This document shows positions 39,901-50,536 of a stretch of DNA of 64,000 nucleotides, piece by piece (positions within the stretch are counted from its first letter, which is position 1; each line of letters begins with the position of its first letter). The notes beneath the pieces are model-generated. The model searched no databases. It was not told the DNA's origin and was given only the letters and a program-made list of their open reading frames with translations. A program made the translations under genes and the position numbers. The stretch lies in NCBI GenBank assembly GCA_965637545.1, contig OZ281496.1, positions 27,590,001 to 27,654,000 on the forward strand, written 5' to 3'. The DNA comes from Phallusia mammillata. Taxonomy: Eukaryota.

Positions 39901-40738
39901 ACATGTCAATGAGGGATTTAATCTTTTCTATATAATTCAAATCGGTTAGGAAACTCGCGTTTAATTTCCAGTAACCCTTTCCACGTGGTAAGGGATTAAC
40001 GGCGACCTCTAGGGCGAGCATATAGTGGTCGGACATGGTCCCAGGAACAATGTCGACCTGTTTTACATTTTGTATTAGATCATTACCAAGTAAATAAAAA
40101 TCGATTCGAGATGCCACTGGGGGATTTTTCTGAACCCTTGAGAACTTTTTCAGCATTGGGTTTTTGTGGCGGAAGATATCTGTGAGGTTGAAATGATTAA
40201 TGTAACGTTGTAAGGTAGCTTTTGCTTTTTGGTTACTGTGGATTGATTTTCCGGTTTTATCTAGGTCTGTATTAATTACAAGATTAAAGTCTCCTCCCAT
40301 TATAATTGACGCGGTTGAAAATCCGTTAAGCGTGGCAAATAATTTTTCAAAAAAGTCTGGATCATCTTTGTTTGGTGCATAAACGTTTACCAACAATAGT
40401 GGCTGCGAATTGATGGTCGCTTCTATCATTATAAATCTACCGTCTACGTCTCGGTATATATTCGTTAAAGAGTAGGAAAGATGTTTGGCAAAGAGAATTG
40501 CGACCCCTCGACTATTGGTGCTTCCGTGTGCCCAAAACGCTTCACCGCCCCACTCCATTCCCCACAATTTTTCATTCTTCTCACAGCCATGTGTTTCTTG
40601 TAAAAATGCTACATGACATTTTTTACGGTGCAAATATTTAAATATAGTTTTCCTTTTTAGAGCTAGGTTTAAACCTCGAACATTGAGAGAATTAATTTTA
40701 AGAGCCATAAAATCTAAAGAGAGAGAGTGATATTTCAT
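36935..40738 (-). CDS. LINE ORF2: APE endonuclease, reverse transcriptase and C-terminal CCHC finger (1267 aa)
   Basis: Endonuclease motifs NVRGLN, FLQETH, NVYAPN, GGDFN, SRIDF and SDH. RT motifs KSPGLDG, YRAITLLNADYKI, LDIFKAFD, GVRQGDPLSP, FADD and YLG. C-terminal CTFC..ENVYHVFYSC. Confidence 0.97.
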   Translation of the reverse strand: MKYHSLSLDFMALKINSLNVRGLNLALKRKTIFKYLHRKKCHVAFLQETHGCEKNEKLWGMEWGGEAFWAHGSTNSRGVAILFAKHLSYSLTNIYRDVDGRFIMIEATINSQPLLLVNVYAPNKDDPDFFEKLFATLNGFSTASIIMGGDFNLVINTDLDKTGKSIHSNQKAKATLQRYINHFNLTDIFRHKNPMLKKFSRVQKNPPVASRIDFYLLGNDLIQNVKQVDIVPGTMSDHYMLALEVAVNPLPRGKGYWKLNASFLTDLNYIEKIKSLIDMYKTDNQDSAINPHVMWDALKAVIRGETIRYASEKKRNNSAKLTKIEKDIVTIQNAVCNTTGTERDQLHDNLSALQNELDKLLKRQTISAITRSRTRWAEDGEKNTKYFLNLEKRQGEKKSINRLISGSEILTDQEKILKSLAKFYEQLYRRDDKVQHKNINASKLASLGLPQIPLEAMEKIETEILETEFLNALKDMGKNKSPGLDGFPAEFYLTFWENLKGLFTAAWSYSIKIGNLTPSQSRAVITLLPKKDKDPLHPGSYRAITLLNADYKIASKAVNNRLRSVLNHVISSDQNGFIPNRYIGTNIRLLFDIIDSADHQNIPGAILSLDIFKAFDTLSWDFMFSALEAFGFGPTIIRYVKCFYQNPTSAIINNSFVSAPFKVERGVRQGDPLSPTLFVLSIECLGIMLRQGNFLGIKVHDKEFKVSMFADDTVLFLSGSDNDFREALSIITEFGDMSGCKINMNKSNAFFVGSKRSCCHKPMQQSGLLWPSEKTRYLGVVIPTTTCSDEKLLEYNFLPILQKIKVIANLWSTRGLSLLGKVTIIKSLLVPMLTFKLCVVPVTVSAKYLKQLIRILFRFLWGSKWERVKRTTLCASIEEGGAGMINVENYILALNLKWFQKLLDESVVADWKQIEAPYLRGQRVNAFLNATISLNRAEVKRVLPLRTLRHTLVSCIHTLNLLKTKSTERTLWLNKKIKYQSKTFCMKPLIDSGVMLHKHLLTKEGEYETYDNLALKFNFQANNAEFIQFIKLVSSLPEQWDSENYIDPQTTQSEHLLNFIKDTNSVKTIYTKLQDSVARVPVKSQEFWKNKLFINFEMPWREVYINNFNSTIENRLRSFQIKLNLNAIVCNQILHSFGKIDSDLCTFCKNATENVYHVFYSCHVTRLYWENVCAWISARTRVPLTLPPVNLLFGVHNGGSGDKLVNCMLLCARYVIYQCKYSENKPTVSRFVRFLNSVRVSECHVSKKRGNFLAYRKKWCRLLCTEV

Positions 40739-42096
40739 TTTTGCACTTGTACTCCAATATTAATGTCCCATTCATATTCTATGCCACATTCGCACAAAAA
40801 CGGTTGGCTGGGACTGATAAGACGAGACAATTTCTTACCACACTTACAATTAATAATTTTGCATCTACATTCTATGTTAGAACATTCTTGGCTCGTTGTC
40901 ACGTTCGGCAATAAATTAACGGTTTTACATAAACAAGTTAATGAAAACTTTTGGCACACAACACATTCAAATAAATTACCTTCCACTTGGAATTCCGGTT
41001 GGAAGTCTCTGCAACACGGCATCCATCTCATTCGATTGTTGCAGCCCGGGCACTGACACGTTTTCGTGTTTTCCTGGACCAGGAAGAGCTCTTCAATGCA
41101 GCATTTAATTGCTACCAAAAACTTTTTTGAGCAGCTCCAACATATAAACGTCTTTGATTCTTCAGTTAGATGCGCTTCTGCTTGGCACCCTGGACAGATT
41201 AGTGAAATAGTTTTCTCACAAAAGCTTTTGCTTTGTGGAAACTCCTCAGGGCTTCGTTCCAGTCTTTTCCTGCTGGCTGTTTTTAAAGGTGCCTTCTTGT
41301 CTTGTGGGGTGCTTGTCATCCCGCTTTCTGTTACAGGTAGGTTGCCCGAATCCTCGCGATTTTCCTGCTGGTCACCAACAATTAGGTCAGGCGCATTTGT
41401 TGTGATTTTTTGATTGCATTCGGCCACCTCAGGGCGAGTCGGGGAAGTGTTATCAGCGTTTGTACGCTGTCCAGTTTCCAACTGTTTTCCTTCTACAGTT
41501 CCAGTTAACACAGGAAAATCGCTTTTTCTTTGTGAACATTCAGCTTGTTTGTGACCTTCCTTACCACAGTATTTACAAGTGAAAACTTGACCGTTGTAGG
41601 TAACATAAAATTCGCAGTTTCCAATCCTTATATAGCTTGGGATAGGTTTTTTCTCCACATCTTCAGCATTCATAGTTGCGATGCGCATTCCAGATAGCAG
41701 CCCTTCTTTACCTTTTCTGTGTATTATTTTTAACACTTTGCCGTATCTATCAGAAAGTGCTTCAGCTAAAATTTCATTTGGAAACGGCACCGGCACCCAT
41801 CCAATCGCAACATTAATCCTGTCGCTTTCGTAAAGTTTAAGTTGTTTAACTTTACCTGACAACTTTGCATAAAGTTCAAGAATATTTTGTCGGCTTGTGC
41901 AAGTAACATCTATGCTGTTCCCTCGCATTTCAGCTATTCCAATGACTTTTTTTATTGAGAAATCCAAATTTTTCAAAATCTCGATTGCATCATGACGCTT
42001 GCATACATTTCCAGTTTTGAAGTTAAGACAATTCGGTCTTCTTAATCCTACCGCTGTTTTATTTACCGCCTGTGCGTAACTTGGTTTGTCCGCCAT
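40735..42096 (-). CDS. LINE ORF1: gag-like RNA-binding region, CCHC zinc knuckle, disordered linker and Cys-rich C-terminal array (453 aa)
   Basis: Knuckle CKYCGKEGHKQAEC (C-x2-C-x4-H-x4-C); position directly upstream of ORF2; the C-terminal ~150 aa carry repeated Cys pairs. Confidence 0.92.
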   Translation of the reverse strand: MADKPSYAQAVNKTAVGLRRPNCLNFKTGNVCKRHDAIEILKNLDFSIKKVIGIAEMRGNSIDVTCTSRQNILELYAKLSGKVKQLKLYESDRINVAIGWVPVPFPNEILAEALSDRYGKVLKIIHRKGKEGLLSGMRIATMNAEDVEKKPIPSYIRIGNCEFYVTYNGQVFTCKYCGKEGHKQAECSQRKSDFPVLTGTVEGKQLETGQRTNADNTSPTRPEVAECNQKITTNAPDLIVGDQQENREDSGNLPVTESGMTSTPQDKKAPLKTASRKRLERSPEEFPQSKSFCEKTISLICPGCQAEAHLTEESKTFICWSCSKKFLVAIKCCIEELFLVQENTKTCQCPGCNNRMRWMPCCRDFQPEFQVEGNLFECVVCQKFSLTCLCKTVNLLPNVTTSQECSNIECRCKIINCKCGKKLSRLISPSQPFLCECGIEYEWDINIGVQVQK

Positions 42097-42135
42097 TTTT
42101 TAGCTCCGCACTCCACGAGCGCAACACGTGAATCC

Positions 42136-42258
42136 TCAACAGTTCTGTTGGTCGCTTTTGTGTGTCTTGTTTTATTGAGCGCCCTCTGCCGGAGACAAAC
42201 AATGTCTAGAATCTATTCTCGACCAACGAAGAATGGAGGAACTAAAAAAGACGTTTAG
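42136..42258 (+). pseudogene. Displaced 3' remainder of the ENPP last exon (rest of the TM helix and the cytoplasmic tail)
   Basis: Removing the LINE and one TSD copy restores the frame ...TWYISSTVLLVAFVCLVLLSALCRRQTMSRIYSRPTKNGGTKKDV*, a hydrophobic helix followed by basic residues. Confidence 0.9.
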
Positions 42259-44166
42259 GATAACTAATTACTACTACACATCACACAAGACAAGTGGCTT
42301 TTTTAATTTTTTGGGTGTGTGTAACATTATCACTTTAAAAGTTCATTTTTTACTTGGGTTGAGAAACAAGAACCACGATCGTTTTTTGTCTTTAAATTCT
42401 TGACTTCAGACGCGGATTTTGTAGCGTTTAAAGGTAAATTGCAAAAATTCGTGCAAAGCAGGAGATGCTCTTTTGTAACATCACGTATAAACACTTTATG
42501 CACTTGTAACGTACAAATCATTTATAATGTAAATATGAACTTGACGTATGAAAAATAGATAACAAAACTAATTATGCTGCTTTTGTGGTCGTTAAAGAAC
42601 CAACCGAGCGCTATGTCTAACTAAACACTGCAACGTTTAGTGCCATAATTTTCGATCAGAACCTTTCTTCAAAAGTTTTCAATTTCTTTTTTCAGAACGT
42701 TTATTTGAAGGTTTCTAATTGCTTTAAGATTTCATGGCGACAGTTTCTTTTATTAAACTGGGCAATAACGTTTCCGTTTCCGTTCATGTTTACAGGCAGA
42801 ATGAATATACCATCAGCTAGCAAAATACACAGCCACCCAACAGGTCTGCATGAAGCTAGTAAAACCTTAACGACAAACTTTATGTACAATATTTCGCTTT
42901 TACGATCATTATAAAACATGAAAGGGTTTAGTCAAAGCTCACAAGAGGTTACACACCGCGCAACAGCTTATGCGAGCAAACGTCACTCCGTCAGAATGCT
43001 AAGTACGTGCAATCAGCTGTTTTCCGGAAAGTTTACGATAGACCGTCACGTGGTACGCTGCAGAACTGGGTATTTCCCAATTTCGTTAACCACGCGTGGT
43101 TCCAGTAAAAGCGGTTTATTATCGAACGTTGATTAAGCACAGCCCGCAAACATAAAGAAGATCTAAGTTTTAATCCTACGATGAAATAATTATTTAGGTT
43201 TTGCTTGAATCAATCTTATAAAATGGAATGTATAAAAAGCAAGTTATATTAACGCGGTAATATTTGATATTACTACCGTGGGTAGGCTGCAGGCAACACA
43301 ATGTTCAAAAGCTTTTCAGAGCTTAACGCTAATCTTTTAGAGGTAATACTTATTTGTTCATGACATTTACGATACAAAATATATAACACTAAAGTACATT
43401 TTTCGTAATCTTGGGGACTATTGACATAGGATACGACGTAATTCAGTATTTTAGTTAAAAAAGGTCCTTGGGAATTTTGTTGGAAAACAAAGATCAATTG
43501 ATGGCGCTGCATATTTATACTTATCATAGATGTAGCCCCTCTAACACGTTTATACGAAATAATCATATTTTAATTTGAGGTAAAATATCGAAGTGTTTGT
43601 ACCATTTTTGTGCATGCGAGTATTTTTTTAGGTAAAACTGTCAAATTATAAAGTCATAAATTGTTCATGCTTATGGTGCTGTGAACAGCTTTCTAACGAA
43701 TGTAATAGAAATTAACTGTATTAAAAAAACTTGAGCTTTTTTGGTATTTTACTTCACAAAATTAATAGTAGTTTCTTTTAAAATTTTATCCTTCCCTAAG
43801 TTTTAATGCTGAAGTACTTGCTTTCAAGGAAACATTGTTTTACCAACGTTTTTTTGAGTCAGTTAATACAAATTTGTTTGCGATATGTTCGTAAACCATA
43901 AACAAATGTTAACATGATCACGTGAGTTCAAAGGTCGTGTAACGCGCCAATCAACAAAAACATGCGCGAAATGTATTTTTGAGGGAAATCCTAAATATAT
44001 TTTCGGCATTGTTTTCCTAATCAAGTTTATCACAGGAATCCTGCTGCGTTTTATAGTTTTTTTAGCGTCATTAAACTGTAATCGTTTATGTCGTTTTCAC
44101 AAACCGGATTTGATCTTCAGGGAAAACAAAGATTTTGACTGGAAATAACTTACCCCTTCGTGAGTG

Positions 44167-47100
44167 ATGGACAACGGTAAGCATGTCAAATTAGATAGAA
44201 AACGATTCAAACAAACCAAAGGGGTTTAGACAGAAGCTAATAATATAACACATTTGCAGATCAGAAAACTTTTAAGGCGGAAAATGGGGTAAGTACAGGT
44301 TTTTTTGTGGCATTTTTTATGCAACAAGAGATACATCAGTGTTTAAATTGATTTCCAAGCTTTTTATATGGATCATTTATCCAAACGTTCACATTTACAG
44401 TGGTGATTCAAAACATGAAAATGTTGTCAAAACATATTTTTTATTTTAACAATTATTTGAAGTCAGTTGGGTCATCATGTCAACTATACAATGATTTGCT
44501 TTTTATAGGAAGATAGCACTACTTGTGATCATAAAAAGAGGTTTGTATAAGTCTAACTTTCAATACCTATGTATCACTGTTGAAATGAGAACTAATGCTA
44601 TGCAACAAAAAAAATTTTTTATAGGACAAGTAAGGAAAAGATGGATTGTACAGACAGCGGTATACCTGACATGACATCACAGGTAAAATAAAATAATTGT
44701 GCTGGTTAATAATAAATTTTCTTGATGTAAATTGACTGTACCTGTAATGATCTTTCTTTTGTTGTCACAGTCATCTGTTGACGGGAAGGTATCTGAAACT
44801 AGGACTCCAACAAGTTTGAGGTAATTAAAATATATAGTTTTGGAATCTTTCTTGTGTTTCGCTGCAATTAAATGGATGTTTGTAAGAATCTGATAAATTT
44901 ATTATACCAAAAAAATTTCACAGTACAAAACACTAAACCAGTTGCTGTATTTTATTATTTTACAAGACATATGTATTTCGCTTTCATAAGATTAGTCAGT
45001 GTGTGAAAAACACCACAAGTAGTAGCGAAATATGTTTGATTTAGTGTTTTTCACTTAGAACAGTGGTTCTTAACCGGTGCGAAATTTCTCACCAGTGGGA
45101 AATTCAGCGTATTCAGTGGGAAATTATGTAAGTCAGGAGTAACCAAACTCGGTCCAGTGGGTCGAATCCGGCTTCGAATTGACCGTTGAATGTTAATTTA
45201 CTGCATTTTTAGCAACAACATTAGATAAATTTCACCTGTTTTGACAAGACACATAAAAAATCAAATTAAAAAATCAAAAAAAAACGTTTGTTACATCACA
45301 GACATGTCTGAAAGCATTAATGCCTTAGTTATTGTGCGCGAATAAATGTCTTTCTATGTTGATTGTGATGCAATAATTGAGTTTTGCAAGCAGAAAAGAT
45401 TCAACATTCCACATATTTTTACTCTTTCACTGAAGCACTATTCAAACTAAATAGGATTGCAGCAAGCTTTTAAGATCCCAACCAAATCGCTTTACAAAAT
45501 TATTTCAATCAAAGTTAATGTAGAACACAAAACTCATCATAAAAATAACAGAGTGGGAAATTCGAACTTGGTGATCGACTTTAGTGGGAAACGATCCCAA
45601 AAAGGTTAAGAACTACTGACTTAGAAGTTTCTTGCAGTCGATGAATTAATGACATTGAATCACCACATTTCTCTGCTTTACTTAAAAGGAGGTTTCAAAA
45701 ATGAGTGCTTATACATGTAAGTTCGTTTTTTTAAAAGTTATCAGAAAGATTTAATCCATATATTAAAATGTAATTGTGATAAATTGTGTGGTATAAAGTA
45801 CAAACTACTGCAAAGTTATGTTGTTGCAGGTTTTCAGACACTATGCATGTTGTTACATTTTTTTGGCCAGAAGGCATGGTTTGGACAGGTATCTTGATTT
45901 TTTGCATATTTAGGTGCGCAAATATAAACCATACAAGCTAATCTTGACAGACCTACCAGAAATATTTACATGCAGGGTTCCCGCGCAATTTTCGTGTATA
46001 AATTCCATGACTTTTCCAAAACTTTTCAAGGAAAAAAATCAAATTTCCGTAACCTTATTCGAACAAAATCGAGCAATTCCCATTACAAAACTAGTAAAGA
46101 GGCTTTGGTAGATGCAGCCAATTTACCTCACTTGCAAGGAATATACATACGTTACGTAATTTAATATTCCCAACTCTATCTGGCATTTTCAGGGTAAAAC
46201 AGGTGTCAAATTCCATACTTTTTCAAGGACTTTTGCGAAAGTTGGCTTTTTTCAAAACTTTTCCAGGCCTTAAAAATACAAATTTAAATTCCATAACTTT
46301 TCCAGGTTTTCCATGACCGCGGGAACCCTGTACATGATTTGATGGTACAACAGTTTATAGGTTGTGTTTTAACACATTTAGTTTCTACTGAAAATATACT
46401 TTTTGCTTGGTAACAACCATTCTTATTTTTAGTCACCCTGTGGAGACCACCGACTTAATCGCACACAACACAATGGGGTAAATATCATAAAAAGATAATT
46501 AGGCAATTTTACAATTATTAACAAATCACAATAGTAGCTAACCTGTTTGACGACATGCGTTTAGTTTCCAACTATCATTCATTTCTTTAAAAGGTGAATG
46601 CACTTTTTTTCTCTGTTCCTAGGTCAAAATCAATTGCCATCAACACATCAAGTGGTTCTTCTGTAAATTTAGGCACTTTTACAAGCCATGGTCTAAATCA
46701 AACAAACAGTAACATCAAAAACCCACATTATACTGAAGGTAAACAAGACTAAACTATTGACTATTGACAGTAGGTTTAACCCTTGGTTTTAAAGAATTAG
46801 TATTGTTAAAATTTTGATTTTAATCACTGGATAATCACATTATGGTTATGGTATATAACACATGCTGGTTGGCTTTAGAGTTAAATGTACCTTAGAATTA
46901 ATGAAAGACAAAAAAGATGAAATTCTTGTTTTTACAGGCAATATTTCCACTGTAGTGCCTGAAACTCCAAGCACAAAAACATTCCAACCACAGGGGACTG
47001 TTCAAGAGATAGGTTAGTTTAACTTATTTTGTAAAGCTTGTTATTGCAATGGCTGCAAATATCATTTCCAATGGACCAAAGTCTGAGCTGTTAAATATAG

Positions 47101-50100
47101 TCCAACATACCATAGTAATAATAACGGGCGTTTTGCAGATCTAAATCTGTTACCAAATTGGGATCAAAATGTCTTTGACGGTTCAACATCCCTGAATTCA
47201 AATGCTTTAAACAGGAATTTGCATGACGGTAAGTTGAGAATTTGTATAGAGATTCCCAATGCACTAAAAACAAAACAAATTGTGTAGCAGGAAGACTATT
47301 TTTTAAACAAAGAAATATTCATTTAGTAAAGTCGCAAATTTAAGGAAAGTTACTGCCATTCCTATTGTTAAAAGCAAAGTTTATATTTTTATGTTTATCA
47401 TTAAAAGCAAAATTTTGATACTTTAGATTCCATGATTTTTGTGTGTAGAAAACAGTTTTATTTTTTTATCTGTAATATATTGGTGATACAATACCACCAC
47501 AAAATTTTAGTTACCAAGTTTTAACTTATTTTGCTCTCACTTCTGATCTTCAACACCGCACAAAAAATGCATTTCATTTTTAAATTCACTAATTAAACTA
47601 ACTATAAAGTTAGGTTAAATGTTTTTTGCAGAAGTAGCAAAGTGGAGTCCCCAAAATATTAGTGCTAGTTCTAGAGCACCTGGACAAGATGCCTTTTCCA
47701 AGATTTTAGATGCTGGTAAGACACCGTTTCAATACATAAGGCTCCTGTGACATAATAGGATTTTTAGCAATAAACATTACAAATAACAACATATAACAGT
47801 GATAACAAAACATTTAAAGCTCTAGTACAAATCTAAAAACACATGTCTAAGAAACCTTTTTGCGTGCTAAATAACACTGTTTTTTTTTGTTAGATGAACC
47901 TGTTATCATTGATTTGAAAAACAAAACAGCAGTAGGTTCAGAGAAACAACACAAACTGAAGTGGTATGTTTCAAAGTGTATTAATAACCCTGTGGCCTTT
48001 TCATACAACGCAGTGTTGTAGAAAAATAGGTGTTGATCTATTCCTAGTTATGGTTTAGTAGCTAGTAACTAATTACAGCCAAACAATCCATTTAACTATA
48101 GTTTAATGCTAGAGCTTAAGGCTGATACCGATTTTCAGTGGTCAAGTAAAACAACCAACATTTAAAGGCAATATTTTATTCATAGTAAAAGGCCTACACC
48201 TTTTAATGTACATAAAATATGAACTTATGCATGTGTGACATTCAAAACAAATTATTGGTAAAATATCGAATATGAGCCCCAATAATCGGTCAATTCCTAT
48301 TTAGTACACCTTTTTTTGTTACAGGGAGCTTGCACCAGAAAAGTATAAGGTACGAAATTTTTTAAAATTCATTGAGTAATGATTTTAAGCAATATTTTTG
48401 TTTAAAAAGGAACTGGAAAAGGATGGCACCTATCCTTATGTGGAGGAAAATGGCACTGCAGGTTAGTTTTAAAGCTGTTTGGGTGTCACAAAACACATTG
48501 AGACATAATTGCATGATTTGGTATACTTTATCTCAAAAACCCAAGTGGTTCAGTAACTGTTCTGACTCAACAAACGATTTTTTGCAAATGATAGTTCATG
48601 TCTTTTTTAAATGTTGGTCTGTGAAAAAGTAAACACAACTCGAAGTTATTTTTACTAATTAATTAAAAAAAAATATTAAGTAAAAATGTAAAGTTGTATT
48701 GAATAGTGGAGATATCAACTACTGAAGAACCAGCATCACCCAGGTAAGTTGCATCGTTAAACTAGGCCTCACCTCAATTAAGTGAACCTGTCGAATATCA
48801 TATTATCAGTAAAAAGACAGTCCATTAGCAACATGGAATCGATTTTTGATTGTGTAAACTGCCATGTCCTTCCAACAAACTGGAGTGTCATAATATGGCT
48901 ACACTAGCCCATACCACCAATGTGTTGTCACTAACTGTCCTGGTCAAACCTTAAAGTGCAAAACAATGTGCATTGTCTGCAGCTTACATATCCTGTTCTA
49001 ATTAAATACTTTCAGGTTTAAAACAACACTATAATATCATATACATGTTGTCATAAAAGCTACATAATCAACCTGACCTTTTGTCATTTAACAACCAAAT
49101 TAACATTCAATTCTTGGAACAGGAAATTAGAAGCTGAGAAGGAACATCAGAGCCCTGATGGTGACACAAACATTTCAGTATGTTGTAATTTTCAATTGTA
49201 TTTTGAGTCTGACATTCTCGATGCATGTATAATTGTTGAATCTCTTCTCTAGGATGAAGAAGTAGTTTTGAATGCAAGAGCATATCAAACCAATGATGGT
49301 AAGACATTTTATGTGATTTGTTTAAAAGTTGTTGTTTTTTTCAGACCAAATAATTATAGTCAACAGGCATATTAATGTTGGTGAACATAAAAAGGGCAGA
49401 GATATTCCCGTGAAAATCAGTGGGAAAAAACAAAATCTTTGTCCTTAGACAGAACATTACTGAACAAGTAAACCAGTGATCTTGAAACTAAGGCTAATAC
49501 TATCCCACTCTAAAAATCAACACACCTTGAACTAAAAAAAAGTGACTAACTAATTATTGAAAATACTACACATTCTGCCCACTGTTTGAACAAGTTGTGC
49601 ATGCACCCTCAAAACGTTTTGTTTCGAATTAGACTATGATAATCATAAGCACATTACCAATCTAAGGAATACGATCCTATTCAAAACCTGTTTTCTTTTT
49701 TTTTGCATCTTTTAACCAGCTTCCATGAGGATCTTTGCAAGGTAAATCATTTTAGCCCAACATCTCATGTCCATGCAAAATATCCAGTATTTTGCTTTGT
49801 TATTAAGCAGATCATCTGATTACTGCTCTGTCATCCCCAAGTTCACACCATTCACTAAAAAGCTTTGATATTGTTTTAGGAGTACAATTTCGGCCTGTAC
49901 ACAGACCTCCTCGCAACAGACGAAGAACACAAAATCACCCATATTCCAGATTACGGCAGGAACAATGTCAGGATGCACTGAGACAAAGAGTTTTTAATGG
50001 CAGGCCACTTCCCAGCAATTGTTTATGTGGGGTAAGTAAACTTATTTCATAGCAATAAGGCTTCATGCCTCTAAAATTTAGAGATTCAAGAAAGTTGAAA

Positions 50101-50536
50101 AATGCTGATTTTAATATGTTCATTGTGTGAGAAGTTTGTAGCTACAAATGTTCAAGGTTTTTACAAGCAGAAACCCTCAATGTATTTTTTGCAACAGGCA
50201 TTGGTGTCTAGAAACACACAGAGAGCAGAGATATGCACAACCTGCTACACTCCGATATGCAGTTCAGCAGAATGTCAAAGGAGGCACCTCACTTGTCGAG
50301 CTTGCTGTGAATGCAAACAGCGCTTCCATGCAACCCCACCACAAGCCATGGACACATGTGTGACATGTGATTCCGATATATGTTGGAGATGCAGACCTCT
50401 TTATCATCAGTGTCCCGTATTTTCTTGCTGTATGTGTTTGCGTAGATTTCCAAGGGCACATATGGGTTGGCTGTGTGACAACTGTGGGGGAAAAGTGTGC
50501 AGAAACTGCAACTCTTTTTACCATCAATGCCCTTAA
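44167..50536 (+). CDS. Uncharacterised protein A: small-exon-encoded disordered region plus three C-terminal AN1-like zinc fingers
   Basis: A phase-consistent chain of 16 GT-AG exons can be built. Exons start at about 44167, 44259, 44509, 44625, 44771, 46434, 46623, 46939, 47632, 47894, 48325, 48410, 48707, 49123, 49253 and 49880 (to 50031), followed by the final Cys-rich exon 50198-50536. The body is rich in S, T, E, P and Q. No family recognised. Confidence 0.7.
45061..45618. mobile_element. hAT-like MITE in a gene A intron
   Basis: TIRs CAGTGGTTCTTAACC and GGTTAAGAACTACTG; perfect 8-bp TSD acttagaa (45053-45060 and 45619-45626). Confidence 0.88.
45973..46330. mobile_element. MITE with CAGGGTTCCCGCG termini
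   Basis: TIRs CAGGGTTCCCGCG and CGCGGGAACCCTG; flanked by tacatg on both sides; internal repeats of (c)cat(g)acttttcca. Confidence 0.75.

Larger units (their letters stand above)
36839..42135 (-). mobile_element. Full-length intact L1/Tx1-type non-LTR retrotransposon
   Basis: TSD tcaacagttctgtt at 36825-36838 and 42136-42149. Pure poly(A) tail (T-run 36837-36890) preceded by an overlapping AATAAA; 39-nt 5' UTR; two open ORFs. Confidence 0.97.

Noticed and set aside
37815-41413. Plus-strand ORFs (e.g. 38133-38810, 40727-41056, 41066-41413)
   Set aside because: These are antisense shadows of the intact LINE ORFs, with no independent motifs.
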